A DNA stretch of 64,000 nucleotides, from NCBI GenBank assembly GCA_036261255.1, contig DATALD010000035.1, forward strand, positions 683-64,682, given 5' to 3'. Origin of the DNA: Bacteroidales bacterium. GTDB taxonomy: Bacteria > Bacteroidota > Bacteroidia > Bacteroidales > VadinHA17. The notes under the pieces are model-generated. The model worked only from the letters and a program-made list of their open reading frames with translations. It had not been told where the DNA came from and ran no database searches. Positions within the stretch are counted from its first letter, which is position 1; each line of letters begins with the position of its first letter. Of the stretch, positions 54,353 through 63,787 are shown piece by piece. The position numbers and the translations under genes are program-made.

Positions 54353-54870
54353 TCAAATATTCTTTCAAATTTTTTTTCAGATACTTCTACTGCACCATTA
54401 CTTTGCATTATTTCTACAGGATTAATCAACCCTTCATCTTTTTCAACTACAATGATAAACTTGTCGTCTGTAGCCCGCAGATCGAAAACAGTATTGTCCC
54501 TTCCAGGCACAAGCTTCGAGCGAATCGAGAATAAACCCAGGCTAAGTATCGTGACAGTAAAGATTGTTACAACTATAGTTACTACAATGAACGAAGGAAA
54601 TGAATTAAAAGGCTTACCTCCATAGTTAATGGGCCAGCTTATCACTGAAGTATAATAAAGAAATGCCAGGGTTAATACAACCCCCAGAAGCCCGAAAAGA
54701 TAAGCAGCAAGAGGTAATCTTGATTTCCTCTTCAGTAAATGAAATACCTCATGGATCGGATATGGTGAAAAAACATCATGAATGAGGACTTTCTTTTCAT
54801 TTAGCTGCCTGATTGCAGAAATGAACTTCTCCTCATTATCAAATACCCCTATTTCAAATATTTTAATCAT
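54349..54870 (-). CDS. actD: Alternative complex III subunit ActD (DUF3341-like)
   Basis: 173 aa. Soluble N-terminal domain plus 2 TM segments. Sits between actC and actE. Confidence 0.75.
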   Translation of the reverse strand: MIKIFEIGVFDNEEKFISAIRQLNEKKVLIHDVFSPYPIHEVFHLLKRKSRLPLAAYLFGLLGVVLTLAFLYYTSVISWPINYGGKPFNSFPSFIVVTIVVTIFTVTILSLGLFSIRSKLVPGRDNTVFDLRATDDKFIIVVEKDEGLINPVEIMQSNGAVEVSEKKFERIFE

Positions 54871-54881
54871 GATCAGCCAGA

Positions 54882-56243
54882 TTAATCAGATTTCTTTTTC
54901 CCAATGTCAATTACACCCTTTAATTCACTAATAGCCATCATTGGAATATAACGCATGAACATAAGGACACCTGCAGAAAAAAGTCCGACTGTTCCAAGGA
55001 AAAAACCTATATCAATGTAAGTTGGATGATAATCAGCCCAGTTCGCTGGGAGAAAATCGCGACTCAATGGAGGTATAACAATGTTGTACCTCTCAAACCA
55101 CATACCCACGTTGATACACAGGGAAATCAAAAGAAGTGCAATCCAGTTCCTTCTGAACTTTTTGAACCAGAAGAGTTGAGGTATCAAAGCATTGCAAGCA
55201 ATCATAATCCAGAACTGTATTGTATAATTACCTGTAAGCCTGTTCTTCAGCAGAACAGACATTTCATACTCGTTACCGGAATACCATGCAATAAAAAGCT
55301 CAGTTGCATAAGCAGTTGCCATAATGATTGAAACGAAGATCAGTATCCTCGCAATTGCGTCCATGTGGTTGTCGGTGATGTAATCTGTTAGTTTGTATAT
55401 TTTCCTGATCATCACCATTAGCGTCATTACCATTGCAAATCCTGAGAAGATAGCGCCGACAACAAAGAATGGTGGGAATATTGTTGCATGCCACCCGGGT
55501 ACAACCCCCACAGCGAAGTCGGTTGATACAATTGAATGCACTGAAACAACAAGGACAGCCGCTATTCCTCCCAGGATAAAAGCAAGCGACTCAAATCGTA
55601 TCCATTGCCTGCTTGAACCTGTCCAGCCCATGCTGAAGAAACCGTAAACTGCCTTCTTTATCTTTGAAGTTGTTCTATCACGGATTGTTCCAAAGTCAGG
55701 TAGCATTCCAAGGTACCAGAAAGAAGCTGAGATAAGAAGGTAAGCCGTTATTGCTGTGAAATCCCAGAAAAGCGGTGAATTGAAATTGACCCAGAGAGGC
55801 CCTCTTGTGTTGGGATATGGGAAGACAAAGAATACTAACCAGACCCTTCCCATATGCAACAGGGGAAATAAGGCTGCGGCTAACACAGCAAACACTGTCA
55901 TTGCTTCGGCAGATCTGTTTATTGATGTTCTCCATCTCTGTCTCAAAATAAGCAGGAAAATGGAAAATGCAGTACCTGCATGCCCGATACCTATCCACCA
56001 GACAAAGTTAACAATCTCCCATCCCCAGGCAACGGAGTTATTAACTCCCCATGTTCCTATTCCCTGCGACACAGTTATGTATATCGCATAAGCTCCGTAA
56101 AGGAGCAGCATTGTAGAAACAGTCATACCGGCATACCACCATAATCCCGGGGAAGCTTCCATGGGAGTAAGCACATCCCTGGTAACGGTCGATATCGATT
56201 TGTTACCTTCTATCAGGGGCCCTCTTACTTTCCTGTTATACAT
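54882..56243 (-). CDS. actC: Alternative complex III subunit ActC (NrfD/PsrC-family quinol-interacting membrane subunit)
   Basis: 453 aa, about 10 TM. Follows the Mo-oxidoreductase-like subunit. Confidence 0.85.
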   Translation of the reverse strand: MYNRKVRGPLIEGNKSISTVTRDVLTPMEASPGLWWYAGMTVSTMLLLYGAYAIYITVSQGIGTWGVNNSVAWGWEIVNFVWWIGIGHAGTAFSIFLLILRQRWRTSINRSAEAMTVFAVLAAALFPLLHMGRVWLVFFVFPYPNTRGPLWVNFNSPLFWDFTAITAYLLISASFWYLGMLPDFGTIRDRTTSKIKKAVYGFFSMGWTGSSRQWIRFESLAFILGGIAAVLVVSVHSIVSTDFAVGVVPGWHATIFPPFFVVGAIFSGFAMVMTLMVMIRKIYKLTDYITDNHMDAIARILIFVSIIMATAYATELFIAWYSGNEYEMSVLLKNRLTGNYTIQFWIMIACNALIPQLFWFKKFRRNWIALLLISLCINVGMWFERYNIVIPPLSRDFLPANWADYHPTYIDIGFFLGTVGLFSAGVLMFMRYIPMMAISELKGVIDIGKKKSD

Positions 56244-56258
56244 GCTCAGTAGTGATTA

Positions 56259-59189
56259 TCAAGATATTTCTTCGTCGTTCCGTATTTTTGTCAAAAATCC
56301 AACTGAAGGCAGTGTATGCAGCTCCTCAAGCAGGTGATATCTTCTTGGATCGCTGAAAAGCTGTGAAACACGACTTCCAGTATCTTTAATGTTTCCGAAA
56401 ACTATTGCCCCAGCTGGACAAGCCTGCATGCATGCCGGTTTGATCTCCAGATCATTGAGTACCCTTCCTTCAAGCTTTGCTTCAAGTTTCTTTGCCTGTA
56501 TTCGCTGAACACAAAAAGAACATTTCTCAACAACTCCCCTCTCCCGTACCGTAACATCCGGATTAAGGACCATCTTACCAAGATCTGAAGCAGAGTTATA
56601 ATTGAATTTCTCATTGCTGGTGTACCTGAACCAGTTAAAACGCCGGACTTTGTAAGGACAGTTATTCATGCAGTACTTTGTTCCAACACATCTGTTGTAA
56701 GCCATCTGGTTCAACCCTTCATTGCTGTGGTTTGTAGCCGAAACGGGACAAACATTTTCACATGGAGCATCATCGCAATGCTGGCAGAAAACCGGCTGGA
56801 AATAAACTTTTGGATTGCTGTTGTCGTCTGAATAATACCTGTGAACTTTGATCCATTGCATTATCCTGTTTTTCAATACTTCATTTTTACCAACTGTCGG
56901 GCTATTGTTCTCAGCCTGACAGGCAATAACACATGTATTGCAACCAATACAGGCATTAAGGTCTATTGCCATTGCCCAATGAAAGCCATCGAAAGGCGCA
57001 TCAGGATAAAGGCTTTTGTGCATTTTCTCGAACTCGGAATGAGATTCGTTACCCGCCTCCGGGTTATTTCGCCAATCAGTCAATGTCGCTTCCCTGATCA
57101 AAGGTCTGCCTTCCATTGAATCATGGGTCTGAACAAGTGCAACCTGCCTGTTCTGTCCTGTCTTTTTTATCTCATCAGTTGAATACACGTAGGAACGATT
57201 TCCATTATTGTAAGTTGTAAGAGGGAACACATTAACTCCATTTCCATTAGAAACAGGTCCGGAGTTTTCATGCCCATACCCTAATGAAATTGAAATAGTT
57301 CCTTCAGCCTGGCCCGGTTGAACAAGAGCTGGTATTGTGATCTCCTGTCCAATTTTAATCATATCTCCTGTTACTACTCCCATGCTAACGGCATCAGTGG
57401 GAGAAATACCCGCAACATTCTCCCAGGTTTGACGGGAAACAGGGTCAGGCAGTTCCATCAGCCAGGGATTATTTGAATGTATCCCGTTTCCTATTGAAAT
57501 CGATTCTGCAAAAACTATTTCAAATATTCTTTTATCCGATTTAGTTTCTGACTTTTGAACATCGTCTAAAGCCTTGCTATTGAATAATGAAGCAGGTTTG
57601 CCTCTGGTTTGTTTATAGTTAAATACTCCGTTACTAAGCGATTTATTCCAGAAGTCCCTGAATTGTCCTGAGCCAGAAAACGGAAAATATTCTTTTTCCC
57701 AGGACGATGACAGAAGCTGCTGCCAGCTTGTTGTTTTTCCCGACCATCTTAAAAGAGAGTCCTGGAAAGATCGCGTATTAAACAGGGGATTGATACAAGG
57801 CTGCGATAGCGATAATGAGCCAGGCATTATTTCCGCATCGTTCCAGGACTCAAGAAAATGATTGACAGGACATTCATATTTTGCTTTCCCAACACTTTCA
57901 TTCTGCTTAACAGCCATGTTTATTGTAACAGGAACTTTTTCGAGTCCGGCAATAAAGAGACCCGGATCAGAATAATCATACACCGGGTTCACATCGCACA
58001 TAATCAAAGCTTTTATATTGCCGCGATACATGTCATTTACAAGTGCCTGCATTTCACTATCCCTGCCTGATGATATGTTTAATTGGTTCTCAAGGTCAAT
58101 ACACCCCGAATAATTTCCGAGCATTGAATTAATGCTATTTACAATTACCTGTATTTCCCTGTCGTTTGTTCCTGATACTACAATTGATCTTCCTTTGGCT
58201 TCAAGTAATTTCCTTGTTAAGACAGACAGATCTTCGCGGAATTTTTCTGTTGAATATACTGTCATACCAATGGCCTCTGCAATGTTATTGTAAAGGTTCA
58301 GAAGAAACGTCTTTTCTTCAGAGGGTTTGATCTTTATCCTTTTATCTGCATTGCTCCCAGTAAGAGTAAGGGAAGATTCAACCTGAATATGAAGCAGCAT
58401 ATCCTTTCTTCCGTCATTTAACTTTCGTCTTTCAATATAACCGGGAATGAAGTGAACAGGAGCCAGCCATGTTCCAAGGAAATCGCAATTTATGCCAACA
58501 ACAACTTTTGCCTGTGCAAAATTGTAGTCAGGGATAACTGCTTTGTCAAAACACAATTCATTGGCTTCAAGTATTGCAGAATAAGAGATCGTGTCGTATT
58601 CTACCCATCTGAATTTACTCATGCCCGCTCCGAAAGAATTGATGAGCTTCCTAGTAGTTGGAGAGATAATTGTTGGGGTAAGAAGGACTATTTCACCACC
58701 TTCATTATTCACATTTTCAAGGTCTTTTTCTACCTCTTCATCAATTGTTCCCCATTCAGCTTTTTTGCCATTTATTGTTGGATATTTAAGCCTTGAATCA
58801 TCATATAAACTCAGCACGGATGCCTGTATTCTTGCTGAATTACCTTCTCCATTAAAATTTGAGAGAGGATTACCTTCGATCTTTATCGGTCTACCATCCA
58901 TATTCTTTACAAGGATAGAGCAATACTCATGTCCGTCAAAGTATGTTGACGCATAGTAAAGAGGTTTCCTCGGGATCAGTTCAGGAGGCTGATTGACATA
59001 GGGGACAGCCATCCTCAACGGTTTTCTGCAAGCAGAAAGTAATGCTGCTGAAGCCAAGCTATAGCCAAAGACTTTCAGAAAATTTCTTCGTGAAGAATGG
59101 AGCTTTGGGAAATCCTCTCCAATCAACTTCAGAAGATCGTGTTCAACATTTTCTGCGTCAGGCAGAGTTGATATTTTTCGTTTCTTCAT
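56259..59189 (-). CDS. actB: Alternative complex III subunit ActB (molybdopterin-oxidoreductase-like domain fused to 4Fe-4S ferredoxin domain, Tat signal)
   Basis: Tat motif SRRNFLK. The C-terminal third carries several CxxCxxCxxxC(P) clusters (CIGCNTCVIAC, CQHCDDAPCENVCP, CVGTKYCMNNCP, CSFCVQ...CMQACP). Confidence 0.9.
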   Translation of the reverse strand: MKKRKISTLPDAENVEHDLLKLIGEDFPKLHSSRRNFLKVFGYSLASAALLSACRKPLRMAVPYVNQPPELIPRKPLYYASTYFDGHEYCSILVKNMDGRPIKIEGNPLSNFNGEGNSARIQASVLSLYDDSRLKYPTINGKKAEWGTIDEEVEKDLENVNNEGGEIVLLTPTIISPTTRKLINSFGAGMSKFRWVEYDTISYSAILEANELCFDKAVIPDYNFAQAKVVVGINCDFLGTWLAPVHFIPGYIERRKLNDGRKDMLLHIQVESSLTLTGSNADKRIKIKPSEEKTFLLNLYNNIAEAIGMTVYSTEKFREDLSVLTRKLLEAKGRSIVVSGTNDREIQVIVNSINSMLGNYSGCIDLENQLNISSGRDSEMQALVNDMYRGNIKALIMCDVNPVYDYSDPGLFIAGLEKVPVTINMAVKQNESVGKAKYECPVNHFLESWNDAEIMPGSLSLSQPCINPLFNTRSFQDSLLRWSGKTTSWQQLLSSSWEKEYFPFSGSGQFRDFWNKSLSNGVFNYKQTRGKPASLFNSKALDDVQKSETKSDKRIFEIVFAESISIGNGIHSNNPWLMELPDPVSRQTWENVAGISPTDAVSMGVVTGDMIKIGQEITIPALVQPGQAEGTISISLGYGHENSGPVSNGNGVNVFPLTTYNNGNRSYVYSTDEIKKTGQNRQVALVQTHDSMEGRPLIREATLTDWRNNPEAGNESHSEFEKMHKSLYPDAPFDGFHWAMAIDLNACIGCNTCVIACQAENNSPTVGKNEVLKNRIMQWIKVHRYYSDDNSNPKVYFQPVFCQHCDDAPCENVCPVSATNHSNEGLNQMAYNRCVGTKYCMNNCPYKVRRFNWFRYTSNEKFNYNSASDLGKMVLNPDVTVRERGVVEKCSFCVQRIQAKKLEAKLEGRVLNDLEIKPACMQACPAGAIVFGNIKDTGSRVSQLFSDPRRYHLLEELHTLPSVGFLTKIRNDEEIS

Positions 59190-59190
59190 A

Positions 59191-60345
59191 TCAATAATGG
59201 CATCTCATGCATTCATTTCCACCCTGCGCCTCAACAACAACCTTGTCAAGTTCTCCTTTTAAAACTTTTTCAGAGAGTAATTTATATTGTGAGTAAAACT
59301 CATTTTCATTGAAATTAACCTGCTCTGTCCTGTGGCAGTTTATACACCAACCCATTGAGAGATCTGAATATTGTCCTATCCTGTCCATCGTTTCAACAGG
59401 ACCATGACATTTTGTGCATTCGATACCCCCAGCATTAACATGTTGTGAGTGATTGTAATATACATGATCGGGGAGGTTGTGTACCTGTATCCACCTGATT
59501 GGCTCCTTATCCTCAAAAGATGATACTACCTTTGCAATTTCAAACATTCCCGAGCGGGTTCCGTTTCTTACTATAAGGTGACAATTCATGCAAACATTAC
59601 TCTGAGTAATCCCTGATACTTTCGAATAAGGGGCAAAATTGTGACAGTAGATACAGTCAGTTTTATTCTGACCGGCATGAACTGCGTGTGAGAATTTAAT
59701 GGGCTGATCAGGGGAATAACCGGGAGAGCGGCCTATCAGTATTGCATTTACAACAAGAACGTATATGATGTAAATTGATGTTGCTGAAAGTACAGCCAGG
59801 TTGATCCATTGTCTCTTAAGCTTCTTTGTAACTACAAGATCTGTCAGGGATATAAGGAAGAATACTAAGGCAATTATGAACAAAGCAAGGTTTGTTATAA
59901 CTGGTTTTTGCTCTTTTAATCCCTTATCCGGGAAACTTTCCATAAAACCTTTGAGCTGTACAATTTCAGCATCTGAAAATTTGAAATTGGAATGAGCTTG
60001 TGACATTTTAACACCCGAAGGATTATTTAAAACCCTGCCAAGATCTTCCACACTGCGATCGAGGTATTTGAGTGAGATGTCAAGTGCATTAGGATTCCAG
60101 TTAACCGAGTCAATGGAGGAGGCAGCAAAAGTACTGTGGCAGCCTGAACATTTTTGCGCCTTGTTTTCAAGGTAAACAAGTCCATGAAAGAGTCTTTCAC
60201 CCCTTATAATATCCTCATAAACAAGTGTATCATTTTGTATTGCCGTAGCTTCTTGCATAGAACCTGCGAAAGCAGGTCCCTGGAATAAGATTACAAAGAG
60301 ATATGTGAAGAGTCCTGTCGAAAAGAATCCTGATAGGTTAATCAT
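59191..60345 (-). CDS. actA: Alternative complex III subunit ActA (multiheme cytochrome c; six CxxCH sites here)
   Basis: CSGCH, CIYCH, CMNCH, CTKCH, CINCH and CMRCH. Two internal TM helices separate the first site from the other five. Confidence 0.85.
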   Translation of the reverse strand: MINLSGFFSTGLFTYLFVILFQGPAFAGSMQEATAIQNDTLVYEDIIRGERLFHGLVYLENKAQKCSGCHSTFAASSIDSVNWNPNALDISLKYLDRSVEDLGRVLNNPSGVKMSQAHSNFKFSDAEIVQLKGFMESFPDKGLKEQKPVITNLALFIIALVFFLISLTDLVVTKKLKRQWINLAVLSATSIYIIYVLVVNAILIGRSPGYSPDQPIKFSHAVHAGQNKTDCIYCHNFAPYSKVSGITQSNVCMNCHLIVRNGTRSGMFEIAKVVSSFEDKEPIRWIQVHNLPDHVYYNHSQHVNAGGIECTKCHGPVETMDRIGQYSDLSMGWCINCHRTEQVNFNENEFYSQYKLLSEKVLKGELDKVVVEAQGGNECMRCHY

Positions 60346-60492
60346 GAATACTTATTAATGATAAAAGTCCAGGAACTAAATTTAATAAAAAAATGGCAAA
60401 CAACGAACTAAATTATATGATAATTAAGGAAATAGACAGGTCAAGAAAGTGCCATATACATATATTTATATATCGAATTATTTTATATTTCA

Positions 60493-60500
60493 TATATTTG
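60493..60500 (+). promoter_or_regulatory. Bacteroidota -7 box TAnnTTTG
   Basis: tatatttg, 57 nt upstream of the ATG at 60557. Confidence 0.4.
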
Positions 60501-60556
60501 TTATCTGGCTGAAATTTTTGACTTATATTGACGTTAATTCTTTCAAACATTATTCT

Positions 60557-61351
60557 ATGAAGAAACTATTAATACTTTGCCTTGTCATAGTTCCATTTCT
60601 AGCAAGTTGCAAAAAGGATAAGGGAGATCCGCCTGTTCTGCCCCCACTGAAATCGATGACAATCGATTTCAGCAACTTCATGATTGCTTCAAAATCAGAT
60701 GTCTCCAAATCTTCTAAAGGCGAGAATAATGCAAGCTGGGAATTTGCTGCTAAAACATCAAAGTTGTGGATAGATATCATTAACGTATTGTATGTACCCG
60801 TATCTGGTTTCCAGGGTACAATTGATCAAAACCCTGGCTTTGTTACGGAAAAAACATGGGAATGGAAATATTCAACAACCGAATATGACACAAGACTCAA
60901 AGGTTATATTGGAGCTACTGAAGTAGAATGGGAACTGTACATATCAAAGAAAACCGGCACAAATACATTCTCTGATTTCCTGTGGATTGAGGGTACTTCT
61001 GCTTTTGACGGTAAAAGCGGGCAATGGACCATAAATGAGAGCAATTCATCAGCATCTGCACTGATAACTATCGATTGGGAAGATCTTGAAGGTTCGATCG
61101 AGAAAGTGACATATACGTACGTGAAAAATGATGTTCATAAGGACGATAAAATTGAATATGGCCATGTAACCTCCGGATCATATAATGCATATATTAAGAA
61201 TCAATATTATGATGCTAATGATGAAAAAGATTATACTGTAGATATCGAATGGAACACAACAGAAAAAAACGGCAGGGTTAAAAGCGCTCAATGGATTGGC
61301 CCGGAATGGTATTGCTGGAATTCAAATAAGATTAATGTTACGTGTGACTAG
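60557..61351 (+). CDS. Hypothetical lipoprotein
   Basis: MKKLLILCLVIVPFLASCKKD (lipobox LASC). I moved the start from the GTG at 60449 to the ATG at 60557. No family recognised. Confidence 0.7.
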   Translation: MKKLLILCLVIVPFLASCKKDKGDPPVLPPLKSMTIDFSNFMIASKSDVSKSSKGENNASWEFAAKTSKLWIDIINVLYVPVSGFQGTIDQNPGFVTEKTWEWKYSTTEYDTRLKGYIGATEVEWELYISKKTGTNTFSDFLWIEGTSAFDGKSGQWTINESNSSASALITIDWEDLEGSIEKVTYTYVKNDVHKDDKIEYGHVTSGSYNAYIKNQYYDANDEKDYTVDIEWNTTEKNGRVKSAQWIGPEWYCWNSNKINVTCD

Positions 61352-61373
61352 GGTATAAAATATAAATAAAAGG

Positions 61374-61405
61374 AGACGCTTTTTATTAGGCGTCTTTTTT
61401 TTTTT
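61374..61405 (+). terminator. Rho-independent terminator after the lipoprotein gene
   Basis: agacgc / gcgtct stem followed by a T-run of about 11. Confidence 0.65.
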
Positions 61406-61419
61406 ATAAAAATTAATTT

Positions 61420-61427
61420 TAACTTTG
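61420..61427 (+). promoter_or_regulatory. Bacteroidota -7 box TAnnTTTG
   Basis: taactttg, 19 nt upstream of the ATG at 61447. Confidence 0.45.
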
Positions 61428-61446
61428 CGTATCAAAGTACTTTTAT

Positions 61447-62034
61447 ATGAAAAGCATTAATAAGCCACTGGAAGACCTGAACGCTATTAAAACAATAATG
61501 GACAGGTCAACAAGGTTTTTATCATTCAGCGGATTGTCGGGTGTTTTTGCAGGTTTTTCCGCCCTTGCAGGAGCAACCTATGCTTTCACAGTATTAAAGA
61601 ATCAACCTGAAAACATAATTACGAAGCTGTTCACTGCAGCAATTGCTGTGTTATTATTTGCAGTCTCAGTTGCCGTGTTCCTATCGTATAAAAAAGCAAG
61701 AAAAAAGGGTCTGCCGCTATGGACTCCCGTATCAAAGAGGCTTGTTGTGAGTATGGCAATACCGCTTGTCACCGGTGGACTCTTTATTCTGATCCTCATA
61801 AATAAAGAGGTTTTTTCGCTCATCATACCTGTAATGCTAATTTTTTACGGGTTTTCGCTTGTCAACGCAGGGAAGATCACATTCAACGAAGTCTTTTATC
61901 TTGGCTTATGCCAGGTCCTTGCCGGCCTTATCTCTGCAATTCTGCCCGAGTATTCACTTTATTTCTGGGCATTAGGATTTGGGATACTTCATATCTTTTA
62001 TGGATTGTTAATGTACAGGAAATACGATAGATGA
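61447..62034 (+). CDS. Hypothetical integral membrane protein (about 5 TM)
   Basis: 195 aa of hydrophobic helices. ATGA overlap with the downstream HTH gene. Confidence 0.65.
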   Translation: MKSINKPLEDLNAIKTIMDRSTRFLSFSGLSGVFAGFSALAGATYAFTVLKNQPENIITKLFTAAIAVLLFAVSVAVFLSYKKARKKGLPLWTPVSKRLVVSMAIPLVTGGLFILILINKEVFSLIIPVMLIFYGFSLVNAGKITFNEVFYLGLCQVLAGLISAILPEYSLYFWALGFGILHIFYGLLMYRKYDR

Positions 62035-62327
62035 AAGTTGATATTTCAAAACTTAACAAACTTTTTGAGAATAGGGTAAGGCTCGGAATCATGTCTATCC
62101 TTGTCGTTAATGAATCGTATGACTTTAACAGTCTCAAGGAGACACTTGATGTTACAGATGGCAACCTTGCAAGTCATCTTAAAGGTCTTGAAGAAAATGG
62201 CCTTATAACTGTTATCAAACAGTTCCAGGGCAAGAAACCAAACACAAGCTATTCAGCAACCGAAAAGGGCATTTCAATGTTCAGTGACCATCTTAAAGCT
62301 CTTGAAGACATAATCAAACCCAAATAA
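62031..62327 (+). CDS. Winged-helix transcriptional regulator (small ArsR/HTH_34-like)
   Basis: 98 aa. FENRVRLGIMSILVVNESYDFNSLKETLDVTDGNLASHLKGLEENGLI fits a wHTH. Confidence 0.6.
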   Translation: MKVDISKLNKLFENRVRLGIMSILVVNESYDFNSLKETLDVTDGNLASHLKGLEENGLITVIKQFQGKKPNTSYSATEKGISMFSDHLKALEDIIKPK

Positions 62328-62378
62328 TTTTTTTATTTATCCACTTTGTTTCCCAAAGTACTTTCTAAATATGAAACT

Positions 62379-63671
62379 ATGAAAATTGAAATCAACGAAA
62401 CCGGAAAATGGCAAAACTCTCTTACTATAAAGATGGTATTGCTTGCAGTAACAGGACTGTTCCTTCTTATACCGCTGCAATTAATAAAGGAAATGATCCT
62501 TGAGCGACAGCAAAACTCAGAAATAATAAAGGATGAAATATCCTCACAATGGTCTGGAAAACAGCTAATATCCGGACCTGTCCTCAATATACCGATTATT
62601 AAATATCCATCAAAAAAGGATGCCGAGCCATACAAAATTGTTTTTCATTTAATGCCCGAAAAATTGAATATCAAATCAGATATCAGCGCTGAAACAAGGC
62701 ACAGGGGAATCTATAAAACTGTAGTATATTCATCACCGGTAAACATTGATGGAATATTTCTTATTCCGGAACTAAGCTTCTCTGAAAAAACAGATGTTCT
62801 ATGGCAGGAAGCTTATTTTTCAATAGGTATCAGTGATAACCGTGGAATCAAAGGAAGTATTTCACTTGTGGCGAATGATAAAGCATTCGAAGCAATCCCG
62901 GGGGTAAAAGACTTTGATCTATATAAGACAGGAATAACTTTCCCGGCTTTTGTCGATCCTGTTACAAAACAAATCTCTTTTTCAGTGTTAATGCAGGTGG
63001 CTGGCTCTGAAAGTCTTAGTTTTACTCCTCTGGGAAAAGAAACAAAGGTGAATATGGTTTCGTCGTGGAATTCACCCGGATTTACTGGAAACTTTTTGCC
63101 CGTGGAAAGAAATATAACGAACTCAGGGTTTAAAGCGAGCTGGCTTGTAACTAACCTTAACAGGAATTTTCCACAATCGTGGATTGGAGATGAATATAAG
63201 ACCGAACAAGATTCATTTGGCACAGCATTTATTCTGGAGGCTGATCATTACCAGAAATCGGTTCGCAGCGCAAAATATGGTATCCTGTTCATTGCCCTTA
63301 CCTTTCTCGCATTGATCTTTACGGAAATGACACAAAAAGAAAAGATCAATATTTTTCATTATCTGTTAATGGCACTTGGACTGGTATTGTTTTTTTCGCT
63401 CCTCAATGCCTTAAGTGAACATACCGGATTCAGCATTGCTTATGTTGTTTCAGCAGTCTCAACAATAGCGCTCATTGGATCATTCCTTAAAGCCCTCATG
63501 AAAAGTTCCCGCCCTGTTTTACTTACAACAGGATTGCTCGTATTTTTATACTCATTCATTTTCATATTGCTTTCACTAAAAGACTATGCATATCTGGCTG
63601 GAAATTTAGGATTGTTCATATTGCTTGCAATAACCATGAAACTTTCGTTAAAGCTAAAGGATCTTTCTTAG
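62379..63671 (+). CDS. creD: Cell-envelope integrity inner-membrane protein CreD
   Basis: N-terminal TM with LLIPLQLIKEMILERQQ (the CreD signature LIP....I..L..ER), a large periplasmic domain and a C-terminal 5-TM bundle. I moved the start from the TTG at 62346 to the ATG at 62379. Confidence 0.75.
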   Translation: MKIEINETGKWQNSLTIKMVLLAVTGLFLLIPLQLIKEMILERQQNSEIIKDEISSQWSGKQLISGPVLNIPIIKYPSKKDAEPYKIVFHLMPEKLNIKSDISAETRHRGIYKTVVYSSPVNIDGIFLIPELSFSEKTDVLWQEAYFSIGISDNRGIKGSISLVANDKAFEAIPGVKDFDLYKTGITFPAFVDPVTKQISFSVLMQVAGSESLSFTPLGKETKVNMVSSWNSPGFTGNFLPVERNITNSGFKASWLVTNLNRNFPQSWIGDEYKTEQDSFGTAFILEADHYQKSVRSAKYGILFIALTFLALIFTEMTQKEKINIFHYLLMALGLVLFFSLLNALSEHTGFSIAYVVSAVSTIALIGSFLKALMKSSRPVLLTTGLLVFLYSFIFILLSLKDYAYLAGNLGLFILLAITMKLSLKLKDLS

Positions 63672-63699
63672 CAGCCTGACTTATCTACTACTGTTGAAC

Positions 63700-63731
63700 A
63701 AACCTCTGAGAATTTGTGATCAGAGGTTTTT
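63700..63731 (+). terminator. Rho-independent terminator after creD
   Basis: aacctctga / tcagaggtt stem followed by a T-run. Confidence 0.7.
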
Positions 63732-63787
63732 CATATTTCGGAGTCTTGGATTTTTTTGCTATTTTCGGCCCAAAATTCTGAACATCA

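Noticed and set aside
32070-62378. N-terminal extensions in the ORF track that use TTG/GTG starts (32070 hisJ-like, 33498 dtd, 60449 lipoprotein, 62346 creD).
   Set aside because: The extensions overlap promoter boxes or encode non-homologous, odd-composition peptides. Downstream ATGs give N-termini that match the family or a clean lipoprotein signal.
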